A stretch of 43,130 bases of DNA from Candidatus Thorarchaeota archaeon (GTDB lineage Archaea; Asgardarchaeota; Thorarchaeia; Thorarchaeales; Thorarchaeaceae). The notes beneath the pieces are model-generated. The model ran no database searches. It worked only from the letters and a program-made list of their open reading frames with translations, and was not told the DNA's origin. The stretch is taken from positions 1 through 43,130 of the forward strand of contig PRDI01000007.1 of the NCBI GenBank assembly GCA_003345595.1, written 5' to 3'. Both the position numbers and the translations under genes were made by a program. Shown piece by piece: positions 8,391-16,943 of this stretch. How positions within the stretch are numbered: position 1 is the first letter of the stretch; each line of letters begins with the position of its first letter.

Positions 8391-9041
8391 CTACTCGATG
8401 TCAGCACCCGGTTTCGATCTCTGACCCGTTCTTGGAGTCTTTCCACGGGCGCGTGCTTCCTCTGCGAGACGATCCAGCTCGTCAGCCTTCTCCATGAGCA
8501 CATCACGTACCGACCAGCCTACGCTGTCATCCTTCAATGCGACTCTGAAGACTGCAAACCACTGCCGTCCATCCAACATGGGTCCCTGCCTCAGGAGCCC
8601 ATCCGTAAGTGCTCTCGCCTGTCCTATCTTGTCGGTCGATGCACTGATGTTATCGTAGATGGCTCTCTCAATCTTCGCAACCCCTGCAACACGTGATGCC
8701 GTCTGGACTGTACTCAGGAAGGAGAGTATGACGACAAACAGCAGGTAGGGCAGGTCTTGCACGAAATAGTCGATATTTGCCAAGACAATAGCCACTACAA
8801 GGATCAGCAGGACTAGAATGGTTTCGAGGAAGAACCCGTCGATGACAGCATTACGTGCGGCCGACATCTGCCACCCGCAGTATCTCGAAAGTGGCGAAGA
8901 TGGTCTGTGATAATGAGTGATATCATTGATGTAACGATCGCGGCCCCGCTTAGCTAGGATAAGCCATATGGTCTGAACGATAAGACCTAACATGATGATG
9001 ATAATGCCGAGATCAGTAACTGTCACCAGCGGCATCTGCAT
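8391..9041 (-). CDS. Hypothetical membrane protein (about 3 TM segments plus a helical soluble C-terminus)
   Basis: 216-aa ORF with hydrophobic segments near residues 11-30, 70-88 and 98-112. No recognised family. Confidence 0.7.
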   Translation of the reverse strand: MQMPLVTVTDLGIIIIMLGLIVQTIWLILAKRGRDRYINDITHYHRPSSPLSRYCGWQMSAARNAVIDGFFLETILVLLILVVAIVLANIDYFVQDLPYLLFVVILSFLSTVQTASRVAGVAKIERAIYDNISASTDKIGQARALTDGLLRQGPMLDGRQWFAVFRVALKDDSVGWSVRDVLMEKADELDRLAEEARARGKTPRTGQRSKPGADIE

Positions 9042-9316
9042 GGGCTATCCGCCGAGTTATCTCACGTTTAAGCGTATTGAAATGCCTTTCCGGAAGATTA
9101 CTTTCTGTGCTCTCTCTAGGCACCACGCTTCCTCTTAGTTGCACATTGTACTCCCAGAAGGCTGAATCATGCTCACTACACATACTAACATACTAGTTCT
9201 CTAGTGCGCAGGCCCAGGTTCGGCCCTCCCGGAAAGATACCCGGACCTGCGTTTGTACCTGAGCCTCCACAGAATGCTTTATCACTGGTGACCGTGGCCA
9301 GACCTGATTGATCATC

Positions 9317-10252
9317 ATGGAGCGGGTACAGCACATCGACCCTGAGAAAGACACGTCCGTCGCAGGACTTGTACGTGCCATGGAGAAGGTTGGTGTCCTT
9401 GGAGCAGGTCGCCTTGGGAGGGCCGCAGCAATCACCTCAAGGATGTTCAACGATCCTGAATGCTACACATTTCTCTCTCTCTCTGGTCCAATGGTCCCCG
9501 GCGGGCTGCGAAGGGTTGTGACGTATCTTGTCAGGAATGGATACGTAGATGCTATAGTCACCAGCGGAGCAAACATAGTACATGACGTTGTAGAGGCCTA
9601 CGGCGGGGCACACTACAGAACTGACAACCCAACTGATGACAAGGTTCTTCGAAGTAAACATCTTGGCAGAATCGGCGACATCTTGATTCGCGAAAAGGAC
9701 TTTGCAGTATTTGAGAAGGGAGTTTACGATTTCCTAGACCAGCTGGATCCCCAGAAGACTGCGAGCATGGCTCCTAGCGAGTTCCTGAGAGATTATGGAC
9801 TGACACTCACTGATGAGGAGTCCATATTGCGCCAAGCAGCTCTCAGGGGTGTCCCTATCTTCTCTCCTGGTATCATGGACTCGATGCTCGGCTTCCACAT
9901 ATACGCCTACAGTACAACCAAGAAGTTCACTCTCGACTTCGTGAAGGATCTTAGGATACTGGGAGAGATAGTGCATAAGACGAAGAAGACAGGAGCCATA
10001 ATGCTGGGCGGTGGTCTCAGCAAGCACTTTACCATGGGCTGCACAATCCTCAGGGGTGGTCTGGACCTCGCAGTTCAGATAACGCTTGACCGCCCTGAAG
10101 GAGGTAGCCTCAGTGGGGCTCCTCTTGTTGAGGGAATATCTTGGCAGAAGGTTCAGACAGATGCGAACTGCGAAACCGTCATAGGCGATGCTACAATCGT
10201 CTTTCCCCTACTTGTTATTGCAGCACTCTCCGGGCCGGAAACGGGCACATGA
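9317..10252 (+). CDS. dys: Deoxyhypusine synthase
   Basis: SGPMVPGGLR, VTSGANIVHD, LGGGLSKH, GSLSGA...EGISWQKV (active-site Lys), GDATIVFPL. Alternative start TTG 9308. Confidence 0.93.
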   Translation: MERVQHIDPEKDTSVAGLVRAMEKVGVLGAGRLGRAAAITSRMFNDPECYTFLSLSGPMVPGGLRRVVTYLVRNGYVDAIVTSGANIVHDVVEAYGGAHYRTDNPTDDKVLRSKHLGRIGDILIREKDFAVFEKGVYDFLDQLDPQKTASMAPSEFLRDYGLTLTDEESILRQAALRGVPIFSPGIMDSMLGFHIYAYSTTKKFTLDFVKDLRILGEIVHKTKKTGAIMLGGGLSKHFTMGCTILRGGLDLAVQITLDRPEGGSLSGAPLVEGISWQKVQTDANCETVIGDATIVFPLLVIAALSGPETGT

Positions 10253-10356
10253 AGGCGTGCTATCCCCGACCACTTGGCCGCATAAAGAACAATCTCAAAG
10301 TGACGTGGATCTGCGGATAGCGGTCCGAGTCGCTTGCAGAATTCTGGCATTCGATT

Positions 10357-11031
10357 TCAATGGGGCGAAGGCAGTGACGGAGTCAGTGTGACTTCGTATG
10401 AATAGAAGGTATAGCCGTAATATTGGCATGCCCAAACCGTGGCGTTGGTCGGGAGCCCTGTGCTCATGTCCACGGTGGCATACCATCCCGAGCCTGCATC
10501 ATATAGATACATTCTATGGCCAATCATGAACGATGCGTTCAGAGATGAGAAATAGGTATCACAAATCGGATCTGGTTCCAACATGTCAGGATAGAGGGAG
10601 TCTATGAAGGGCCAGTTTCCCACAGGCAGAATGGACTGAGAAATGACATTATTCAGGAATGAGTAGTCCGCTGAAACAACCTCTGTCCCGTTCCCATACT
10701 CAATGGGCCCCGTGATAGAAGTCTTCACGTAGCTGAGTATGCCTTCCGCGAATGTTTCCCCACTCGGAAAGGAGGGAATTTCAGGAAGGCCATCGATTCG
10801 TATTGTCACGTAGGTATTGTTCAGTTCAACATGGTACGGTGGAGAGAAGGACCCATTGAACGGCCAGTACTCACTGAAGCCCATGACTCTTACGGCATAG
10901 GTGATCTCATCGCCTAGTTCGACCTCCCAGTGCAGACCTGCGCTTTGGTTGTAGAACACGAGGACGCCTCCAGTAACTCCTAGGACACTGACCATGATAA
11001 CAGCAGCGCCTAAGGTTCTTCGTTGCACCAC
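10357..11031 (-). CDS. Hypothetical exported or N-terminally anchored protein
   Basis: Basic N-terminus, one hydrophobic helix, then a Tyr/Ser/Thr-rich region with several N-x-S/T sequons. Confidence 0.72.
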   Translation of the reverse strand: MVQRRTLGAAVIMVSVLGVTGGVLVFYNQSAGLHWEVELGDEITYAVRVMGFSEYWPFNGSFSPPYHVELNNTYVTIRIDGLPEIPSFPSGETFAEGILSYVKTSITGPIEYGNGTEVVSADYSFLNNVISQSILPVGNWPFIDSLYPDMLEPDPICDTYFSSLNASFMIGHRMYLYDAGSGWYATVDMSTGLPTNATVWACQYYGYTFYSYEVTLTPSLPSPH

Positions 11032-11281
11032 TTCCAGTTCCGCCCTTCTTGTTTCCCGTGTCCAGATGAGTGCAGGTTTTCGTGCGTCAAGTGGTTACAG
11101 CGATATTATACGTTATGTACGATAAGTCCAGTCTGGCATGTGACTGTTCCAGCTTCCTCTCGCCGACGATAGATTCCATCATCCCTTACGGTAGTTCGTG
11201 CCACAACCCTTTTATTGAGTGTCAAGAGGCACTCCCTGAGTCTGAGCAGAGAGGTCTATCAAGCAGCCTCAGGTGAACGAT

Positions 11282-11824
11282 ATGGGTAAGCGTCCAGGCC
11301 GCTGTTACAGAGAATGCGATCGGCCCGCGTTTATGCGGACCCGGTACATCCACAGGCAACCAGCGTCAAAGATAGCCAGCTTTGACATGGGTGCTCCCGA
11401 ACTGGATTTCGAAGTGGAGATGTCGCTTGTCGGTACGGAGCGGTGTCAGATCAGAAACCAAGCGTTGGAGGCTGCGCGTGTAGCTGCTAACCGATATTTG
11501 ACTAAGATACTTCCTAGGCAGAAATTCCACTTGAGGGTACGTGTCAAGCCATACCAGTGGCTTCGCGAGAACAAAATGGTCACCGGTGCAGGGGCAGACA
11601 GAGTCCAAGACGGGATGCGAAAGGCGTGGGGCAAGGTTATCGGTAGCGCAGCACGTATTCGACCCGGACAGGCCGTGATTACGGTACGAGTCGACAGAGG
11701 CCAAATCGACGTGGCTCGAGTAGCACTTGAGAAGGCAGCACCAAAGATACCTACGCCATGCAGGATAGTGTTTGACAAGATTGATCCTGAACTGAGGCGC
11801 AAGCTCGGCTACGGTGCAGAGTAG
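11282..11824 (+). CDS. rpl10e: 50S ribosomal protein uL16 (L10e)
   Basis: RPGRCYR, QIRNQALEAARVAANRYL, LRENKMVTGAGADRVQDGMRKAWGK. AGGTGA precedes ATG 11282. Confidence 0.97.
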   Translation: MGKRPGRCYRECDRPAFMRTRYIHRQPASKIASFDMGAPELDFEVEMSLVGTERCQIRNQALEAARVAANRYLTKILPRQKFHLRVRVKPYQWLRENKMVTGAGADRVQDGMRKAWGKVIGSAARIRPGQAVITVRVDRGQIDVARVALEKAAPKIPTPCRIVFDKIDPELRRKLGYGAE

Positions 11825-12582
11825 TCCTCCTGTTTCTCACACACGATGTCTCTCACTAGACGGGCGAATCCCGTCAGTGTGAAAGCTTCCCTCCCAGTCA
11901 GGTATGCGCGACCTAGCAGGTTTCTGAAGACGCGCTTGACTCTGGGTCTTCTGTGCTCCGGAACCGGCAGTCGGTCACTCACTTCATCTATGAACTTGCA
12001 GATTTGCTCGCGTTCTTCTCTTGTCGCTGGCCGTGCCTCGCTGCGCGTTCTTGCTTTCTTGGGTGCATATCTCATGAAGAGATCATACAGGGTGATAGCA
12101 ACAGCGTGGCTCAGGTTGATACTCTGATAACTCGCAGACGTGGGTATTGAAAACGCCAGGTCACATGCATCGACCTCTTTATTGTAGAGTCCGCAACTCT
12201 CTCTCCCAAAGACCAATGCTACACGCCCACCCAGTGATGTGGGATCAGGCAGTTCCATCAGCGGTACGACTGCACGGGAAACGCTGAGGTTTCCGCCAGA
12301 CCTTGCAGTTGCTGCCCATGCGGCTTCGGAACCGGCTAGGGCCGAAGGCAAATCGGAGAAGATTTCAGCGGACTCAAGTATGTCCAAAGCATGGACAGAG
12401 AACATCCGCGCCTGTTCATCTTGCCGAGGATCCGCACCGACTATCCGTAGGGTTGAAACCCCGTAGTTCGCCATGGCTCTCGCGACAAACCCGACGTTGC
12501 CCGGTGATTCCGGTTCGACAAGTACTATGAAGAGGTTTGATAACTCTGTCAAGGCCTGGTGCCACCACAATTCAGTCTTCAA
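11809..12582 (-). CDS. trmJ: TrmJ-family SPOUT tRNA 2'-O-methyltransferase
   Basis: IVLVEPESPGNVGFVARAMANYG, ATAR, LVFGRESCGL, SINLSHAV, TGRE. Confidence 0.9.
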   Translation of the reverse strand: MKTELWWHQALTELSNLFIVLVEPESPGNVGFVARAMANYGVSTLRIVGADPRQDEQARMFSVHALDILESAEIFSDLPSALAGSEAAWAATARSGGNLSVSRAVVPLMELPDPTSLGGRVALVFGRESCGLYNKEVDACDLAFSIPTSASYQSINLSHAVAITLYDLFMRYAPKKARTRSEARPATREEREQICKFIDEVSDRLPVPEHRRPRVKRVFRNLLGRAYLTGREAFTLTGFARLVRDIVCEKQEDYSAP

Positions 12583-12588
12583 GAGGAG

Positions 12589-13764
12589 CTACCTGTGCAG
12601 AAGCTGCAGCACGTCACCATCTTGAAGCGGGTAGTTCAGACCTACTTGTCTCCGTTTTATCTTGTCGTTCTGTCTCAGGATGATTGCAGAACGGAACCTC
12701 TCCACGAATAGCTGCTTGTGTATTTTCCTAGCGGCGTCTTCCACGATGGCACCCTCCGGAAGAACAATGGGCTTGGTTTCGGGTTTCTTGCCTGGGACTT
12801 TCGTATAGATCCTCAGGATGTCAAGATGGTTGTACAGGGCCCACTTCATCGCCTCAAGGTTCTCTCCGCGGACTGCTGAAATCGGAACGACCTCAAACCT
12901 GCTGCCATACTCCGCCTTGAGCTGTTCGTACCGGGTGCTCGAACCCGTCAGATCTCCCTTGGTTGCGACTATTAGCGCCCTGACATAGGCGACACTCGTG
13001 TCCAGAGCGTCTATGAACTGCTGGAACGTCGCTGGTTTCTGGAATCGGACTATGACATTGACCACTCTGCGGGCTCTCAGGTATTCATACACCTCAACTA
13101 TGTCTCCCTGATAATTCTGAGCACCATAGACCATTTGGCCGCCCATTCCGACTCGCTCGACACGTACTGCGGACTTCTCACGATTGAGCCGAATCCTGGC
13201 CCTCTCAATCTCACCAAGAACGACATGCATCTGCTGCTCAACGTCTTGAGATAGATCCACCAAGATGACAATGCAGTCTGCTCCTCGCGCCAGAGCTAGT
13301 GACTGCCTACCAATGCTTGTATCATAGCTGCCCTCAAAGATGCCTGGCAGCTCAATCATCTGGATGTTGATGTTCTCAAACGTCATCATTGCAGGTGTTG
13401 GGACTGTTGTCGTAAAGGGGTAGTCGCCAACTGCCAGATTCGCATTCGTGACTGCGTTGATTAGAGTGGACTTCCCGCTCTTGGTCATTCCGACGAGACA
13501 GACTTGTCCTGCCCCCTCTTTCCTGATGGCTCCTTCCTCGCCGCCCGAGCTTCTTCGGACACGTTCAATCTCCTTCTTCTTCTCGAGTTCGGCCTTGTGC
13601 CGTGCAAGCTTCTTCCTGTAGTCGGATACCATCTTCACTGCTCCCTTGTGGTGGGGAGCAAGAGCTATAAGCTTCTCCAGTTCTGTGATCTTCTGTTCCA
13701 GCGACTCTGCATCTTCGTACCGTTGTCGTTGGGCCTCGAACTGGGGAGTCACGTTGGTGGGCAC
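12589..13764 (-). CDS. DRG/OBG-family GTPase with C-terminal TGS domain
   Basis: PHHKG, IRKEGAGQVCLVGMTKSGKSTL, YPFTT, TKGD, RIYTK, VGLNYPLQDGDVL. Confidence 0.92.
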   Translation of the reverse strand: MPTNVTPQFEAQRQRYEDAESLEQKITELEKLIALAPHHKGAVKMVSDYRKKLARHKAELEKKKEIERVRRSSGGEEGAIRKEGAGQVCLVGMTKSGKSTLINAVTNANLAVGDYPFTTTVPTPAMMTFENINIQMIELPGIFEGSYDTSIGRQSLALARGADCIVILVDLSQDVEQQMHVVLGEIERARIRLNREKSAVRVERVGMGGQMVYGAQNYQGDIVEVYEYLRARRVVNVIVRFQKPATFQQFIDALDTSVAYVRALIVATKGDLTGSSTRYEQLKAEYGSRFEVVPISAVRGENLEAMKWALYNHLDILRIYTKVPGKKPETKPIVLPEGAIVEDAARKIHKQLFVERFRSAIILRQNDKIKRRQVGLNYPLQDGDVLQLLHR

Positions 13765-13793
13765 TCGAGATCACACACTCCCGAGCACGGCGT

Positions 13794-14411
13794 CTACTGA
13801 TACCTCTCGCGGGGTGGCGTTATAGATGTTTCTTCTTGATTTTGCTCGGTGCCATCGCAATACAGGTTCACATCCAGAATGAAACGCTCCGGGTTAGGAG
13901 GACGCGGTAACAATACTACGGGGCGCGTCCCAGAGTACTGACTCATTGTTCCACGAATATCGTACACAAAGATGCCGGTCTGAAACATGCCGCCATCAGA
14001 CAGCATGTCTGGTCCTGCTGCTGCGACTTGTATAGCACCCGGTGGTCCCTGTTCGAACAAATGTATCAGATCGGTCCTCGAAACCGTGATTCCGTTGTCT
14101 AGGACACGAGTGGTACCACGGCCTATTCCTTTGAGGGCTTCTGCACCTTTCATGATGAAGAAGGAGATAGACCTCTCGTCAGGCGAAACCCTCTTCATTT
14201 TGTCGCCTGGAAAGGATATGACATGAAGGTCTGTTTCATCTCCCACCAAGAGGCTCGTTTGGACATCTTTGCGTATGCCATCGGATAAGAAAAGTGACAC
14301 ATTCACACATCTGCAGGCAGTCACCATCTCGGGGCTATTAGACCCGGACGACACCCTCGTCTGGTCAGCTTCCAGCTTCCTGAATGCAACAACAAAGTGC
14401 CGCCTGATCAT
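13794..14411 (-). CDS. TrmY-like (pseudouridine-54 N1-methyltransferase family) SPOUT protein with a divergent C-terminus
   Basis: RRHFVV, CRCVNVSLFLSDGIRKDV and PDERSI are typical of the TrmY N-terminal half. The C-terminal knot motifs are poorly conserved. Confidence 0.7.
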   Translation of the reverse strand: MIRRHFVVAFRKLEADQTRVSSGSNSPEMVTACRCVNVSLFLSDGIRKDVQTSLLVGDETDLHVISFPGDKMKRVSPDERSISFFIMKGAEALKGIGRGTTRVLDNGITVSRTDLIHLFEQGPPGAIQVAAAGPDMLSDGGMFQTGIFVYDIRGTMSQYSGTRPVVLLPRPPNPERFILDVNLYCDGTEQNQEETSITPPRERYQ

Positions 14412-14474
14412 CCAAACCTCTCCTCAACTGAGGACGTGCGGCAGCCGTCCATAGACTGGACAACTGCGAACATA

Positions 14475-15818
14475 TCATACACCGGGCAGACCCGGTATCC
14501 CTGGCAGACCTCCTCTCCTGCCGCGTCGTGACTTCCCGAAAGCTTTCAACATCTTCTTCATCTGTTCATACTGCTTGAGGAGCTCTTTTACATCGCCTGC
14601 TTGTGTCCCGGACCCCATAGCAACTCTTCTGACGCGCGAAGACTTGATTATCTTTGGGTCGTCGAGCTCGTCCTTGGTCATCGAGTTCATGATGACTTCA
14701 AAACGTTTCAGATTCTCCTCCTGCAGCTCTGCGACATCTTCGGGCAGCTTGTACTTTAACCCAAGCATCTCCATCACTTTCCCTAGCGGCCCCATCTTCT
14801 TCAGCTGTTTGAGCTGTGCCATCATGTCGTTCAGCGAAAACTGCCCTTTCATGAGGCGCATTGCTGCATCCTCGTCAACCTCTACTTGTGCCTCTTTGAC
14901 CTTCTCAATCAGTCCCTTGATATCAGACATACCGAGCAGGCGGCCTGCGAACTTGGTGGGGTTGAAGGGCTCAATAGCATCTATGCCCTCTCCAACTCCT
15001 ATGAACTTGATAGGCGCTTGTGTGGCTGCCACAGCTGAGAGTGCGCCACCGCCTTTCGCACTGCCATCGAGCTTGGTGACAATGATTGAACCAATGTCAG
15101 TCGCCCTCTTGAAGGCTGATGCTTGCACGCCTGCTTGCTGCCCGAGTGTACCATCGACAACGAGGATGATCTCCTGTGGGTTGATAGCTTTTGCGATATC
15201 CTGCATCTCCTTGATCAGGCCTGTTTCCTCCCTATGTCGACCCGAGGTGTCTACTAGTATGAGTTCGACTCCTCTCTTCACCATCTCCTCGTAGCCGCGT
15301 TTCGCAAGCTTGACAGCGTTCTTCTCAGTTTCATCTCCATAGAATGGTACATTCGACTTCTCGGCCAATTGCTTCAGCTGACTGAAGGCACCGAGTCGGA
15401 AGTTGTCTGCACATACAACGCCTGTCTTGACTCCTCTCTTCTGGTAATAGCGGGCTAGCTTGCCAATGGTCGTTGTCTTCCCCGAACCTTGGATGCCAAC
15501 CATCATCACTAGGTTTGGCTTGCCTGGATTGATGGTCAACGGCACTGCCTTCTCTCCCAAGAAGTACGCAAGGCTATCCCAGACTACTCGAATAATGTGT
15601 TCTCTGCGAGAAACGCCCCTCGGAAGCGACTCGTCTAGCGCCTGTTTCTGGACTCTTTCAGTTATCTGCATCACAAGTGCGACGTCAACATCTGCCTGCA
15701 AGAGAGCACGCTGAATATCCTTGACCAGCTCCTTCACGAGTTCCTCGTCAATGACTCCCGCTCCAAACAGTTTCTTCAATGCTGAGTTGAGAGCCTTACC
15801 TAGGCCTTCCAAGACCAT
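14475..15818 (-). CDS. srp54: Signal recognition particle 54 kDa protein
   Basis: GIQGSGKTTT, DTSGRH, TKLDGSAKGGGALSA, Met-rich M domain with SRVRRVAMGSG. Confidence 0.98.
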   Translation of the reverse strand: MVLEGLGKALNSALKKLFGAGVIDEELVKELVKDIQRALLQADVDVALVMQITERVQKQALDESLPRGVSRREHIIRVVWDSLAYFLGEKAVPLTINPGKPNLVMMVGIQGSGKTTTIGKLARYYQKRGVKTGVVCADNFRLGAFSQLKQLAEKSNVPFYGDETEKNAVKLAKRGYEEMVKRGVELILVDTSGRHREETGLIKEMQDIAKAINPQEIILVVDGTLGQQAGVQASAFKRATDIGSIIVTKLDGSAKGGGALSAVAATQAPIKFIGVGEGIDAIEPFNPTKFAGRLLGMSDIKGLIEKVKEAQVEVDEDAAMRLMKGQFSLNDMMAQLKQLKKMGPLGKVMEMLGLKYKLPEDVAELQEENLKRFEVIMNSMTKDELDDPKIIKSSRVRRVAMGSGTQAGDVKELLKQYEQMKKMLKAFGKSRRGRRGGLPGIPGLPGV

Positions 15819-15942
15819 CTGCCGTTCACCATTTCAGTTTCGACCACTCTGCGGGTTCGACATATCAAGCTTCGCCTCTATGTTTCGGGGCAATGCCTAA
15901 AACGCAGTGATACCTGTCCTCGGACAAGGACAGGGTGAACTA

Positions 15943-16434
15943 ATGGCCGGAACCGAAACCGATGAGAAGCTAAGGATTGACAAAATCAGGGATGGCACTG
16001 TGATAGATCACATCAGGGCGGGGCACGCCCTTGAGGTGCTTCAGATCCTGGGTATAACGGGGAAGGAAGGAGCTACCATAAGTCTCGCGATGAATGTCGG
16101 TAGCTCTAAGATTGGCCGCAAGGACATTCTGAAGATTGAAGCCAGAGTCCTAGGTGACGACGAGGTCGCCAAGATTGCACTTGTTGCTCCTGAGGCGACT
16201 ATAAACATAATCCGAGAAACAAAGGTTGTGAAGAAGACCCGTGTAGAGCTTCCGGACGTCATCACCAATGTTGTAAAATGCCCGAACACACGATGTATCA
16301 CTAATCAAGAGCGCGAGCCAATCAATCCCAGATACAAAGTGGTTTCTCGGTCACCGATTGAGCTGAAATGCCTCTACTGTTGGAGTCTTGTCAGTGGCGA
16401 CGAAATCATATCACAGTTCACAGAGAAGAAGTGA
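15943..16434 (+). CDS. pyrI: Aspartate carbamoyltransferase regulatory chain
   Basis: GTVIDHI, KDILKIE, APEATINII, Zn site CPNTRCIT...CLYC. GGTGA precedes ATG 15943. Confidence 0.96.
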   Translation: MAGTETDEKLRIDKIRDGTVIDHIRAGHALEVLQILGITGKEGATISLAMNVGSSKIGRKDILKIEARVLGDDEVAKIALVAPEATINIIRETKVVKKTRVELPDVITNVVKCPNTRCITNQEREPINPRYKVVSRSPIELKCLYCWSLVSGDEIISQFTEKK

Positions 16435-16592
16435 CCAGTCTGTCCGGACCCGGACTTGGCTTCTGTTAGGGACGTTTCAGGGTCCGAGGCACTGTTGTGC
16501 TTCTTGGATTCATTACATCAATCTGGTGTCCCGAACCTTTTTAATGGACCGTCTGTGCAGACATGGCGTTTCCAATCACAGGGTGAGTTCCC

Positions 16593-16916
16593 ATGGTCAG
16601 CGACAGAATCGCAATCATAGGCGACAGGGACACGGTCATTGGCTTCCGCATGGTCGGAGTCGCCGAGAGTTCGATTCCTAGTTCTCCAGAGGAAACCAGA
16701 GCAAAGCTGTTTGAGTACTTCAGAAATCCACGCATGGGACTGATTCTCATAGCCGAGCGTCTTGCCTCCAAGGTTGAGGACACAATCCTCGAGCTCTCTC
16801 AGGCTCCAGTTCCAGTCATCCTTCTTATTCCGGACAGACTGGGACCCACCGGGACGCATGAGGTGGTTCTGAAGGACTTGATTCGCAGGGCCGTTGGTGT
16901 TGAGATCAACATGTAG
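16593..16916 (+). CDS. atpF: A/V-type ATP synthase subunit F
   Basis: IAIIGDRDTVIGFRMVGV, IPD, LIRRAVGVEI. Confidence 0.93.
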   Translation: MVSDRIAIIGDRDTVIGFRMVGVAESSIPSSPEETRAKLFEYFRNPRMGLILIAERLASKVEDTILELSQAPVPVILLIPDRLGPTGTHEVVLKDLIRRAVGVEINM

Positions 16917-16943
16917 CTGTGTACCATGATAGGGTGATCAACT

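Noticed and set aside
14575-15294. 239-aa ORF antisense to srp54
   Set aside because: Ser/Ile-rich shadow frame of a highly conserved gene.
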